From Lingula anatina (taxonomy: Eukaryota > Animalia > Brachiopoda), in the NCBI GenBank assembly GCA_051362555.1, contig CM120645.1, positions 13,454,001 through 13,518,000 on the forward strand: a DNA stretch of 64,000 nt, given 5' to 3'. Positions 1 through 13,430 of this stretch are shown in pieces. Positions within the stretch are counted from its first letter, which is position 1; every line of letters starts with the position of its first letter. The translations under genes and the position numbers were made by a program. Below the pieces are notes generated by a model. That model ran no database searches. It saw only the letters and a program-made list of their open reading frames with translations, and had not been told where the DNA came from.

Positions 1-88
1 GTACTGTTCTTTTAACAGAAATACAGACGATTTCATGCTTCAATCTGTATACATTGTAGTTGAGCAGAGGACAGCAGGAGCTGCACTG

Positions 89-455
89 ATGGCGGGGATT
101 CTTTTCTCGAAACGTCTATTAAAAGACGTATTTTCTGGGCGTTACACACAGAAGGCACTTTTCGTGAAAATGGTGAGTTATTGTACACAATACATGTAGC
201 CCCACAGAAATAGATAGGTGTATATATAGATGCAATGCACTCAGGCGTATATTCTATACACCATATTGGTAGGCAATTTCTCCCCAAAATGCTCCTTTTT
301 GTTTTTAACCAATAAAGCTCAGACACGTACTGTCATGTTGTTTTTAAAAGTGTTCACTAAGTGACGTAACCTCGATGGCCATGACCATTAACTTAGTGAC
401 ACGTGAAAGCACACTATGCACACTATAGGCACACACAAATAACCACTTTGATAAA

Positions 456-491
<36 letters not shown>

Positions 492-2454
492 TTTTATATC
501 TTTCACAGCAGGGGACCAACTTGTTCAATGTTGCATTTCATAACAGTGTTTGTTATGGCTACCATGCAACTTATTTAAAGCTGTGTGACATAATACTGTT
601 TACTATGGCTGCATGTTACCCTCATCGCCTGTTAGTATTCGTGACACTTGAAAAACCTTTGATGTTAACAATTCAACGACAAAAAGGGACAGTTTTTTTT
701 TACATAATATTATTAACTTGAAAAGAAATGGCTGTTTGCAAGTTGTGATATGGATTTCCTTTTATTGCATATGAAAAGGCCGACTTCTTTCATGCTCTCT
801 ATTCCTTTTATTCCAGTCTCCTCACGACTACCCGGTTTTGACAGGATCGGAGCACTGGAAAAGAAAAATCCGCACGTTTTTCAGAGCTCATGATATCGAC
901 CGCGACGGCTTTCTGACCAAAAAAGATTTTGAAATGACTGCTCATCGCGTTGCTGATTACATGAACCTTGATGGTAATAACCCCAACCCCTGAAATTAAG
1001 TTAAAGGGTTTGCTTCATGCCGTCAGAATGGCCTGAACGGAACATATTCTTCAGAAAACATGCCCAACTAACGATATCTTAATCCAAATACACAAATTAA
1101 AAGCTCATTTTGTAAATTTTTGGCTTTAAAAAACGTCCTATTTGCTCGGCCTGGGAGTTAATGAGCTACGTGGTCACGTGGTCCAATGACGACAATCGAG
1201 CCACTGGAGAACAGAGCGTGCTTAGCTGTCAAACTGAGCTGCATTGTCTACCTGTAAGATGACTTCTCTATCTGGCTTCTGATAAAAGTTTATACTCATT
1301 CAAATCTCTTACCCGAGGGGTCTAAATCCTCGTGAAGCTGTGTAAAACCATTTCCCGTCTAGTCATTTCTTTAACAAGCATTTCATTATGGTTATCCCAA
1401 GTTGTATAAAACACTGCATTTGAATGAGTTAAGGGAAATGTTGATTATTGCATATGAAGTCCATGTTATTTTATTAAACCGCTGACACTCCGTCTTGCAT
1501 ACTTTTATTAAACTGAGGTAAACAATGCCCGTTACCTTGACAAGTCCTATCTTAATCATCCATCTAACTGGAACTTCCTTTACCTCTTAATTAGAGGGTT
1601 AAATGGCATTCAATTTGTCTTGCTTGTATCGAACGCACTCTCTATCTAAGCTTTACTCCAGTTATCTCAGGTAAAAATCTACCTGTGCGTTAGTTACAAA
1701 GCGCAGCTCCCGTAGACCTGGGGGTACTAGATAAAATCTGAACACCAGGTTTATCGAGGAGCTAGAGAAAGAAAGGAAGAATTTTTCCTGCACAACTTCA
1801 TAGGAATTTTAACACGGACTTGATCCAGCTTAGACCTCCAAACTAACAGGGTGACATGGGCAATTTTCACAAACAAATCATAAAACTATATTTCAGTTAA
1901 CCGCCTTTAAAATAAATATACCGTTCTGGGTAAATTAAAATAGTTATTAAATCGCAAGAATATTTTTGACTTAAATGATGATTTTATTATTAATGGAAAT
2001 TAAGCTACTATATGAGGTACATTTGCTGTGATTACGGTACGCTGTCCTTCATGTTTTGCGTAAGTCTACATTTTGCTGTATGTGCTTGTAATCTTTTTAA
2101 ATATGTGCGTACAATTTTTGCAGGTCTGGTTACCCCCCTGTTATGTGATGAGAGTATTAATTTGGCAATTAGTTCCTTAGCTTATTTGAATAGAATTGCA
2201 GTGTAAAATTTTCAACAAGATGTTGGCGAAATAGCCCATTACTCTTTGTAGGTATTTCCCCCGTCAAAGTTTGTCTAAAATTATCTTTCAATCTTTACTC
2301 TTTCAAAGACAGTATAAAGTTACCTGACATATTTTCGTGTAAACTTAATGACAAGCCAAGTGTCTCCAGTTCATTCCGTACTCAATTTTACCCAAGCAAA
2401 TTTTTTTCTTGAGTAGATCTTTATAATAGCACGGTGTTATAAGCTTACAAATTT

Positions 2455-2488
<34 letters not shown>

Positions 2489-4342
2489 CGTACTGACGCA
2501 GAATTTGCGTTTCAAGTTATAAATAGATCAATCTTTTAAATTATTTAATATTTCAGATGAAATAATCTTCAGAAACAAATCCTCAAAGCATAAACGAATT
2601 AGGATAACGAACCATTTTATTATAGCAGTTCCCATTTTTTCTTTAATATAACGCTCTTTTTCCTGTTTTTCCTCAACACGTTTTCTTCCACGGAAGCTTC
2701 AAGATACCCTGAGAGCAATTTCTTTTATTAATGTTCGCGACCGTGTTTGAACTTAATTGTTTAAGTATTGATATTTAACGTCATTTACAAATACCAATAA
2801 AATAACCCCATGAAATAAATGAGATATATTGAAAAATATGAAAGCCCACCAAGACGAGTTTCATACCTGTTATTACCTGGCTTGGGAATTGCAGCGGTGC
2901 ATAATTAACAGGTTTGTTGTAAACGAGCTTTTGGTCAACTACAATGCATTTAAAATGCATCAGCAATCAGTAAGTTTGCCAACTGATGACAGTTAATCTG
3001 AAAGACTACCAGCTCTTGATATGATCTAAACCACCTGAGGCCAGGCCCGTAGCCAGGGGGGGTTCGGGGGGTTCGAAAGAACCACCCCTTTTGCTGGGAA
3101 AAGGTCCACTTTGGGTAAAATTTGTTCTAGGTACATGATGTTTTTATGGAAAAAGGTCCACTTTTTCAGAAAACGAACCCCCCTTTTGAAATTGCTGGCT
3201 ACGGGCCTGTGAGGTGACCATGATCTAGAGCATCGCAACTATTGTCACCGAAGTTAGTAAGTAAGTCACGGAAGACCGTCACAGACAAAGAAAGATTGTC
3301 AACGAGAGCTGCAATTTTGCTGAATCCCACGGCAACACACCGAGGCATAACGAAAATTCCTCAACTCCGTTCTACACAACTTTCCTTAACTTCTCCGTCT
3401 GTATGCAACATGCAGCTCAGAGTCTCATAGACCTTTATCGTGATTGTCGTCACAGTACCACGTGACCCAGATCTGTTGCTTCATTTTTGCATATTGAGGT
3501 GAGGTTTACTAAAACGCTTTTTTTTCTACTAATAGATTGTTTTTATAATTTTTAAATGGCGGGGATCGATTAAAACATACCTCTAGTGTATAGATTGAGT
3601 GCTGTATCTTCAAAATTCGAGAAATGGATTTTTACATGAACATTGTCCTTTAACGTCATGTTAAGAGTATACGAGTAGTTCAATTAAATATACAACTCGC
3701 TATTGTTCTGGGGGCAGTTTACCGCAAGAGATAATAAAGTATCAATATTATGACTTATGTTACATTATTTAACAGAAATTAACAGTGTGTTAGATTAACA
3801 GCTAAATTGTTTTCATGGCTTTGTGACATTTATTGAATGTAAATATGGGTTTAATTTAATTTATTGCAAATAAAATTGAAATATTCCCAGTATTTCTTAT
3901 ACTAAAATCTAGTTTTGCGTTTTTTATGTTTATTTCAGACAAAGCGGCACAGGATTTACTGAAAAGTCGCTTAAAAATCTGGGAAGGGATTGTTCAAGGC
4001 GGGGATCCGGATGACTTCAAAGTTTCTGAGGAAGTTTATTTTTCTCATCTCCTCGCTACCCTAAATACCGAATTTCGCGAAGCAGTTGTTGGATTCGTAA
4101 ACAATGACTTCGATTCAATGGATCTTGATGGCGACGGCTTCATCTCCCCGAAGGAACACAGAGCATTTTTCTACGGCTTTGGGATTCCGACAGAACATTC
4201 TGCGGCAGTCTTTGAGGCGTTTGATACCGACCGCGATGGCTTGATCAGCAGGGAGGAGTTCGTTCAAGGAGCGGTGGATTTCACTTTAAGTGAAGATGAA
4301 AACAGTCCTTACAATTGCTTTTTGGGGCCACTTGTGAAATAA
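89..4342 (+). CDS. SCP-like EF-hand protein copy 1 (214 aa); exons 89-172, 817-973, 3939-4342
   Basis: Exon 1 MAGILFSKRLLKDVFSGRYTQKALFVKM ends at GTGAGT. Exon 2 follows TTCCAG, reads SPHDYPVLTGSEHWKRKIRTFFRAHDIDRDGFLTKKDFEM... and ends in phase 1. Exon 3 has EF loops DLDGDGFISPKE and DTDRDGLISREE and ends FLGPLVK. The WKRK..FF, EF-I/III/IV and GPL C-terminus pattern matches Nereis-type SCP. Confidence 0.9.
1005..3649. mobile_element. Non-autonomous Kolobok-like DNA transposon in intron 2 of SCP copy 1
   Basis: TTAA on both flanks, AGG...CCT termini with imperfect TIR (AGGgtttgcTTCATG vs AGGacaatgTTCATG), and subterminal inverted GGTCACGTGG/CCACGTGACC. It accounts for this intron being about 2.6 kb longer than in the paralogs. 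Confidence 0.6.
3042..3209. mobile_element. Small MITE with 15-bp TIR CAGGCCCGTAGCCAG (hAT-like ends)
   Basis: Perfect TIR; no clean TSD seen. Confidence 0.65.
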
Positions 4343-5596
4343 ACTATTTATGGGCGCTTTAGCTCGTAAGATTTTATCATGGAGGCCACAACACCTATTA
4401 AACAAAAGGTTACAGACATACATATTAACACTGTATATAGTAGCTAGCGTCTAAATGTATACATATTTACTTACATCTTAATGTTTCTACAGACGGTTTC
4501 CCTTTCTTCCATCACGTTTCTTTGAGATCAGTGGTTAAAAATGGTATTTATTACACATTCATAATAATATCACGGGCGTTTCTTGCAAGTTGAAAATTGG
4601 TCTACCACATTATATTCAGAGGCCGAATTCTAAAAACGAAGCAATGATAGCACAGGTTCAATGACAGAAGTAATGACAGTAGTAGTAGTAATATAATTCT
4701 GTAATTTTATAGTGTTCTTTTTATTAATTTACTGTATACTTTCTTGAGGTTAGCACATGGCGACAACTATACGAGGTACTTACTGGATATATTTATCCAG
4801 ATCGGGGATTCTTCAAATAGCTCTGGATTTATTAGGCAGGCACTTTCGGTTAGATCATACTAGATGTATGTTAGACATTTCGTTTGGGCAGTTTTGTTGG
4901 AATCGGGATTTTTCATGGCACACTGTAAACAAAAAGGAAATCCCGCTTCTTATGTATGATTGTATATTTGTATTGTTAAGCATGCTTATGTATATTTGAA
5001 TTGTGAATGCTTTTCAATTGTATGTATGGCAAGGATAAATAAAAATGTATAGTATTGTGCCCACTATTATCTCGCCTTTATAATTCTGCGTAAATGTCAT
5101 AGGCATATTTTGACACAAGAGTCATGGAATAAACACTTTTGGCGTATTTACTGATCTGTCTCTAGATGTATTTATAAATTTCGCTTTCAGCACTTATAAA
5201 ATCTTCCCTTATTCAGGCCTTCATTAGAGCACTGGAGCTTGTGGTTTAATATGCTCTGTGGGAACCCAACCTAAAATGCTTTACGAAACTGATTTGTCAT
5301 CATTTTGAGCCCAGGGAAAAGGGGAAAGAGATGGAAAAAGTATTTCAAGCGCCGGTGCATCGTGACAGAGATCCCTTCATGATAGATAGTCCGCTTTCCT
5401 TTCATTTGTCAGGCCTCGCCCTAGATTTTGTCCCACTGAGGTCAGGCTAACTTTTACCATTATTGCAAATGGAGGGCGTACTTGCTGTTACACAGACCTT
5501 CAGTTACACGGGTCGTATGCAATTTCAGCTCCAAATGCCATGCTGACAGACAAACTCGATACGACACGAACCACTAATGGAACTCGTATATATTTT

Positions 5597-5828
5597 CAGG
5601 GGCGGATCCATGATTATTTGAAGGGGGTCCACGGATGCAAATCCGACCCCCCCTGGAGGGCCTCGAAAATTTTTGGTAATTTAGAGGGAGAACAGTGCCA
5701 TTTGGTACGGTTTAGAAATATGACTCAGCTAGTCCAAATTCTAATTTTAAGGTGGAGGGCACTGGTGTGATATTTTCAGAAATTTAGGGGTCTGGACACC
5801 CGTGACTCCCCCCCTAAATCCGCCACTG
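5597..5828. mobile_element. MITE with CAG(G/T)GGCGGAT TIR; related copy at 59591-59849
   Basis: CAGGGGCGGAT...ATCCGCCACTG termini; internal sequence shared with 59591-59849. Confidence 0.65.
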
Positions 5829-6260
5829 ATTTCGAGTGGCAGAGAGACGTCAACACCGGGAGCACAAATCACATATTAAAAACCAATTCACGCCTCGCCA
5901 TTATACATGTATATATTTTTTGGACCAAGTAAACTATAAATCGCCATGGTGCACGTAGATTTGGTATTCATTAAAGTCAAAGTTGAATTTGAAATTTATT
6001 CTTACAGGCACCATGGTTCTCCCATAAAAATGCATTTCAATTCACCCGCATTTCTTCTTTGTGGTTTATTTCTATTTCAAAGTCAGCAAACAGAATAGTT
6101 GACCTTGAACTTAGAGCATTCATTAGTGTGGCTGTACGCAAGCGTCTCGATTCCATAACACGCCCATACTCGACCCATGTAATATACTGTAATCTCTATG
6201 TGGTATCAATATTCGCAATACGCGATGCTTTCGAGTTACAGAGCCCAGATCACGGCATCA

Positions 6261-8220
6261 ATGGAGAGGATTATTCTTGCCAGTCGTTCCTTACAGGCCA
6301 CGATTTTTCGGCGTTTTACCCAAAAACCGATCATTTTGAAAAAGGTGAGTGTACATTAACTGACATGACTTTTTTCGCCTAAGGGCAGAAAACGGAGCTC
6401 AAATGAAATCGTGATAGCAACAATGACCGCATTCACATCGAGAAGAGCCGAGGCTAAGCAAGGCCGAGACCTAAATATGGCGGACGTGCATGAAAGGAAA
6501 ACACCCTAATCCTTTAATGGTCTCTCCGCCTCTCACACGCCTCCCCATGCGTCGTCCCTGCTGGGGTACAGTCATTAAATCTCGGCTCCATTCGTCCGGA
6601 AGCTACCTGAGAAAAATTAAGTGCGCATGCTCATTGGTCTTGGGTCAGCTGACATTATCTCTGCAGATAGCCGATTCATTGCTGCTCTACGGGCCAATTC
6701 ATGCCTTTTTTGTCTCTGTTTTGAAAGATAATAGAACAGAAGAGCTTTATTCCTTCGATCGCCTCCAGCTGCCATGCTTTCTTCACCTCGAGTTTAACTG
6801 ATGGTCTTGCGCACTTAATTTTTTCTCAGGTAGCTTCCAGGCCAATGGAAGCGAGATTTAATGACTGTACCCTCGCTTGGGGAGGCGTGTGAGAGGCGGA
6901 GAGACCATAAAAGGATTAGGCGGTTTTCGTTTCATGTACGTCCACCATATTTAGGTCTCGGCCTTGCTGAGCCTCGGCTCTTCTCGATGTAAATGCGGCC
7001 AATGATATGCACACACTTATGTACCGGGTATATCACAGCTACGACAATGTATTTATTTTACAGGTAATTATTTTCTTATCATAAAGAAAATGCACCAAAG
7101 CGTCAGCACAATCATGATATGTACCTGTAAAAATGTGACATATTCGACGTTTTTTGATAGAATTCAACAGAATGTTTCATCAAAACGAATGTCTTTTTCG
7201 TACATTATTTGTTAATCTATTTCATATACGAAGGTTTCAATCGGCGACTATACATAACGCAGAACATACTATACTAATACATATACTGTATTGGATGGCA
7301 TTCGTCACTGAAGAGTTCATTCATTCCAGTCTCCTCACGACTATCCGGTTGTGACAGGATCAGAGCTTTGGAAAAGCAAAGTCCATACATTCTTCAGAGC
7401 CCATGATTTAGACGGTGACGGATATCTGAGCCAAAATGACTTTGAGATGAGTGCTAATCGCATTGCAGATTACTTGAGCCTTGACGGTAACTGTTAAACT
7501 GCATTTATAACTAGGCGTTTGTGTTAAGTGATCAATTGCATTTTATTCTCATTGGCAGCCCAATGTGCAACCGTGTAAAACATAAAAATTATATTAGCCT
7601 TCACGTTATTTTACAATATCGCTCAGGTGACCGTGTATTATCTCACATCTGAGTGAAGATGGAACGTTAAGCGTACAAAATAAATATTTCAACCGATATT
7701 TGTGACATTGAATAACACGTTCACTACTGTTTATGTTTTATGTGTCAAATTTCAACCAAATCTAATATGCGAAGTTATTCTTATTTCGAATCGTTTTTCT
7801 TGTTTGTCTTCAGGTATAATGGCAAAAGAATTAAAAAAGAATCGTTTAAAACTCTGGGAAGCCATTGTTAAAAATGGGAAAAACGCTGCTGACTTCAAGG
7901 TGTCAGAAGAGGCTTATCTGTCAAGCTTCCTTGCTGCCGTCAATTCCAACTTCCGCGAATCTCTGGTTGACTCAATAAGTTTCGACTTCGATTGCATGGA
8001 TATTGACGGAGACGGTTTCATCTCCCCAAAGGAACACGAAGCAGTTTTCTTCGGCTGGGGAATCCCGATAAAGCACTCTTCGGATGTCTTTAAGGTGTTG
8101 GACGCCGACGGCGATGGCTTGATAAGCAAAGAGGAGTTCATCGAAGGAGCGGTAGATTTCACTTTTAGCGAAGATGAAAACAGTCCTTACAATTGCTTTT
8201 TCGGACCACTTGTGAAATAA
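6261..8220 (+). CDS. SCP-like EF-hand protein copy 2 (215 aa); exons 6261-6344, 7330-7486, 7814-8220
   Basis: Same intron phases as copy 1 (exons of 84/157/407 nt). Exon 1 MERIILASRSLQATIFRRFTQKPIILKK|GTGAGT. EF loops DLDGDGYLSQND, DIDGDGFISPKE, DADGDGLISKEE. Confidence 0.9.
6425..7000. mobile_element. Foldback MITE (about 200-bp TIRs, AAT 3-bp TSD) in intron 1 of SCP copy 2
   Basis: Long inverted arms GACCGCATT...AATGCGGCC, flanked by AAT. Confidence 0.85.
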
Positions 8221-8513
8221 AACAATCATTCGTGGTCCCTTTGATTCGTAAGGCAAGATTACGTAGACAACAGCGTAAATGTACCCTGCAAAACCAATGG
8301 TGCCCTTTCCACTGCCAGCATTTTGATAAAATGCAGGCCTACCCAACTACCAGACTCGGCACATAAGGATCCTGAATTAACCGGTATATCGGACCACACT
8401 ACCCGTTTTCAAGGTGTGTGTCAGATCGCATTTCGGAGTATCAGTCAGAACACCGACAGGATGAGCCCACGCTTGGATGTCACCTTGATTGGATAGTAAA
8501 CGGTTGTCGTAAA

Positions 8514-8776
8514 TCGCTATATGATTTTAAAACCGGGTGCATAAATTTGAAAACCACCTAGAACAACCTTAGACTGCCACATTAATGTAATACAATGAAA
8601 AAAAAAAAAAAAAAAACACTTTCAAAAGTGGTTAAAGCATTCAAACCGAATGTCGTAAAGTCTCCATATACCCCCATAGAGACAATAAAATAGAGTACTC
8701 TAAAGTTAGAGTACAGTCTAAGGTTGTTCTAGGTGGTTTTCAAATTTATGCACCCGGTTTTAAAATCATATAGCGA
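8514..8776. mobile_element. MITE-like element with about 62-bp perfect inverted repeats
   Basis: TCGCTATATGATTTTAAAACCGGGTGC...CTTAGACTG at 8514-8575 is inverted at about 8714-8776. Confidence 0.7.
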
Positions 8777-9831
8777 GTAGGCCTGAAATGTGGACTTTCC
8801 ATCATACGAAGGAAGGAATTCACCCACCTATATACACAACCTAGAAGTTATCTGCGCCCTTACACATAGGGCTAGTACCATCAAAAGGCAGGGCAAGTAT
8901 AGAAAAGCAGTGACAATTGTGACATTTGGGACAGTATGTAATTCTCTCACGTTCAATTAAGAATAACGGTTACAGAATCAACATCATGAATTATTTTACC
9001 CCTTAGGTACTGGTACACTGTGTGACACTGATTGGCCTACGAGATGATATTTCACGAATATTATACAGAAACTTTTTTTTTTATAAAATAATGCAATGAC
9101 AACGGTGCGTCAGGACAAAAAGTAATATGATCTGCACCTGAAGTAAAAAAGACTTGTCAATATACCCGCTAACACACGATGTAATTTGTTAAAGAGAAAT
9201 ACACTGTAAATAGATCAAAAACCGTAAAATCACTGACGGCAGACTGTGTAAGTCAAGTTTGGCGTACAAAGGCCTAAAGAGATCCGACCCACACAGACAT
9301 ATAAAGCGCAGACTGCATACCGGTAGCTTGGATATTTTGTTTTCAGACAAATGGAGACAGGTACCTCGTGCGTTTTGGGACTTATCAAATTGTTTCAGAC
9401 ACCGTGACAACGATATGGTGATCTGTTTTTGGCCTTTCTTTTGCCAGGGGAGAGGTGTAGTGAATTGATGATACGCATATTCATATTGTGTCATGTAATA
9501 TTCACTGTTGCAACAAAGAATCTTATATTCAATGCAATAAAATATTTTTCACCTTAAACTGAAACCGCCCCTCCCATAAAGATAAAGAGTAAGCCGCATT
9601 ATAGCATGCAAGAACGTCTTTGTGAATATACACAGACATGTTCATGTATACCTTACGTAGCTAGTGAACCCGAAAGTGTCAGTTACTGCATCGACTTTTT
9701 CATTTAAAGCCATAAAAAGAACGATTACCCAATTTTTTTATGCAGCTCTGAACACAAAACTATTTGCATTCTGGTATAACTAACTCGCTTTTCTTCCAAT
9801 ACTTAGTTACGGATCCCTAGACAACGGAAGA

Positions 9832-11364
9832 ATGTCGTTGTTACGTTTCTCCAAAAAACTTGTCCAACGTTCGTTTTGGCGTCATTTTTCGCAGCAGACG
9901 ATTTCCATACAGAAAGTGAGTATTCTTCACCAGACAACAAAAGCTTTATAGTGCATCTTGAAAAAGAAATAACGAGTACGAGTGCAGCAAGATTATTTAG
10001 TGAACGACAATTGCTCATCCGAAAAATGGGTTGTAAAGGGGCCAAAGCCCCTCTTTGGAAGTGCACGTCTTCCTTCCCCGAACAGCGTAGAAGTGTATAC
10101 TTGTAACGCACGCTTTACGTACGCTAAGCAACCAGTCTTAGATGCAGAAAATATTCATCTCACACAGCTGAGTCACTTCGTCAGCGGGCCCTTTGATTTT
10201 TATTCTGTGTTATATTTATTCTTTCTTAAATCTAGATAATCCGACCTGCCGACGGAATTTAGTTACAATTAGCAAAGGGTATAGCACTCTTTTCTTCTGT
10301 CTGTAATGGTAGACAACATGCAATGAGAGCCCTGATCAACAACTATTTTTTGCAAACTTATGTCACTCTTGCTTCACGGACAATAAAGGGTTACATCTTG
10401 TTCATGTATGGTCAGATTTAAACTGTTATATTTGGATTTGTGTTTTTTCTGTTTTTCTCAATAATTTGTGTAAAGAATGTGAGTTGATGTGAATCTTGTT
10501 CAAATTAACCTAAAGGTACATCACACGTATTCCAGACCCCTCACGACTATCCTATGGTGAAAGGTTCGGAAATATGGAAAAGAAAATTCAGGACCCTCTT
10601 CAGGTCCAATGATGTAGACGGCGACGGATACCTGACAAGGAGAGATTTTGAATTGAGCGCCCATCGCGTTACAGCTTACATGTGCCTTGACGGTAGCACA
10701 GCAAAACATTCTATTTTATATTAGTTTTGTTTATTAGAGAGCTGTTGTTTGTGCACACATGAGTCGATCAACTTAGTGTTAACTTGCTACAATATCAAAA
10801 TGATGAATTATGACCACAACAAAATGTTACGTGATTGTAGCTTAAAGTGACATCAAAACCTTTTCAATTACAATGAATACTTACTAAGGTAATTGGATGA
10901 GATGTGCATGTAATCACGCCATTTGTTGAATCTCGCTCTGTTGTTTTATTGTTTCAGAAAACGAAGCAAAAAAGGTATTGAAAAACCGTTTAGACATCTG
11001 GGAAGAAATGACGAGAGACATAGGCAAACCGGATGGCTCCAGAGTTTCAGAAGATGAGTATATTTCCAACTTCCTGCAAACCGTTAACACCAGTTACCGT
11101 GATTCGGCTGTAAGCTTTGCCTCCACTGACTTCGACTCCATAGATCTTGACGGAGACGGTTTCATCTCCCCAAAGGAGCACGAGGCGTTTTTCTACAGTT
11201 GGGGAATTCCCACAGAGCGCTCGGCAGATGTCTTTAAAACACTTGATACAAACGGCGATGGCTTGATAAGCAAAGAGGAGTTCATTCAAGGAGCGATGGA
11301 TTTCTCATTTACCGAAGATGAAAACAACCCCTACAATAATTTTCTTGGACCACTTGCAAATTAA
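9832..11364 (+). CDS. SCP-like EF-hand protein copy 3 (215 aa); exons 9832-9915, 10536-10692, 10958-11364
   Basis: Exon 1 MSLLRFSKKLVQRSFWRHFSQQTISIQK|GTGAGT. The 157-nt exon 2 has DVDGDGYLTRRD. Exon 3 has two EF loops and ends FLGPLAN. Confidence 0.9.
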
Positions 11365-12484
11365 TTGTTTTGATAAATTGAAGTTATTAAAAAATGCAGT
11401 GGATTGCAAGTAACGCCCTAACATCAAACGTAAACCTATGTACATATTACAAGCTGTGTGGGAAAACATTTCGACTCAATGCCCCTACTAGTATGTAGAA
11501 AAAATTACTTTCATGGCAAGAAGGATGCCCCACCAAAATAGACCTCGTCATTACAGTATGTTTAAAAGCATTAAAACGTGACTCCATTCATGTAATAACA
11601 GCACCCGTAACTGTACATAATATGCATCTTATATTGACTTCAGTAAGGCATTTGGCAGTGTTTATAGAAAAAAATTATGCATTCTTATTAAACTTCTAGA
11701 ACAAAACAAAAGGATGTATTTTTTTGCAAACATACGGTCGATGTATCAACAAGGTAAAGTTCATGGTACATGAAAACTAGCACAAGTATAATTCATTCCG
11801 TTCTAAACGTTCAAAGGGGTAAACACAGGCGATGACATTGTCCCCTTTTGGTTTTAAAATCTCCTTATACTTTATTTACTTAGACTTATGAATAATATGC
11901 AATTAATTTCTTATACTTATCAAAAATTCACTGCCTGGCATTGTCTTTGCAGACTGTCAGCTGCTACTGTCATAAAGTGCTTCCAGCCTACGATTTAACC
12001 CCGTCTAGCAGCTACAGATAAAGGACACATGTACCGGTATCAATAAACCTGTCTAAAATGATTAGTTACAATCAACAGAAAGAGAGAAGTTATTACATAA
12101 ATAGGAAACTAAAAAAATGTATGCCATGTATGCCATGCCATGATGATAGGAGACCTGTGTATATCTGATGAGCATGTGGAAAATGCCACAGCGGTATTTA
12201 TAGGTGTGATGCAACATACAGAGACCGCCGGGTAACTCTTAATTTGCACATACAAAGGTACTGTGGCACTGAGTATGCAGATGGTGTATTAGGGGCACTT
12301 TTACACAACGTGTCCAAATACCGATCCCTACATTATAATTTGGATGATTTCACGCATGGTAACAATAGAAAGATAAGGAAAAAATGGTCGTGTGTGGAAA
12401 ACTTCAAAGTCGTACAGCCAAATCACCCAGCGGGCACTCAATGTTGATTCAACATTGAGGATAGGTTGAGATGATGTTGATCCA

Positions 12485-13430
12485 TCAATATTGATAGATC
12501 AACAAGATCTCAACATTGAATCAACCTTTTCTTGTCAACCAATTGTCAATGTTGATAGATCAACAGGGTCTCAACATTGATTTTACCTTTCTTTGTCAAT
12601 CAATTTTCAATGTTGATATATCAACAGGATTTCAACATTGAATCAACCTTTTCTTGTCAACCAATTGTCAATGTTGATAGATCAACAGGGTCTCAACATT
12701 GATTTTACCTTTCTTTGTCAATATATTTTCAATGTTGATAGATCAACAGGATTTCAACATTGAATCAACCTTTTCTTGTCAACCAGTTGTCAATGTTGAT
12801 AGATCAACAGGGTCTCAACATTGATTTTACCTTTCTTTGTCAATCAATTTTCAATGTTGATAGATCAACAGGATTTCAACATTGAATCAACCTTTTCTTG
12901 TCAACCAATTGTCAATGTTGATAGATCAACAGGGTCTCAACATTGATTTTACCTTTCTTTGTAAATCAATTTTCAATGTTGATAGATCAACAGGATTTCA
13001 ACATTGAATCAACCTTTTCTTGTCAACCAATTGTCAATGTTGATAGATCAACAGGGTCTCAACATTGATTTTACCTTTCTTTGTAAATCAATTTTCAATG
13101 TTGATAGATCAACAGGATTTCAACATTGAATCAACCTTTTCTTGTCAACCAATTGTCAATGTTGATAGATCAACAGGGTCTCAACATTGATTTTACCTTT
13201 CTTTGTAAATCAATTTTCAATGTTGATAGATCAACAAGATTTCAACATTGAATCAACCTTTTCTTGTCAACCAATTGTCAATGTTGATAGATCAACAGGG
13301 TCTCAACATTGAATTTACCTTTCTTTGTAAATCAATTTTTAATGTTGATAGATCAACAGGATTTCAACATTGAATCAACCTGTGTTTGTAAACCCTTTGT
13401 CAATGTTGACATATCAACTGGATCTCAACA
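12485..13430 (+). repeat. Tandem array of 61-bp subunits organised as 122-bp dimers (about 15 subunits)
   Basis: CAACATTGAATCAACC recurs at 12511, 12633 and 12755 (period 122), alternating with a CAACATTGATTTTACC variant. Confidence 0.95.

Noticed and set aside
6059-6382. 107-aa ORF overlapping SCP copy 2 exon 1
   Set aside because: It is in a different frame from the conserved 28-codon exon, starts at a non-ATG codon and has no homology among paralogs.
7914-8346. Antisense ORFs over SCP exon 3 (also 11047-11289 and 35382-35808)
   Set aside because: These are shadow frames of the real coding exons.
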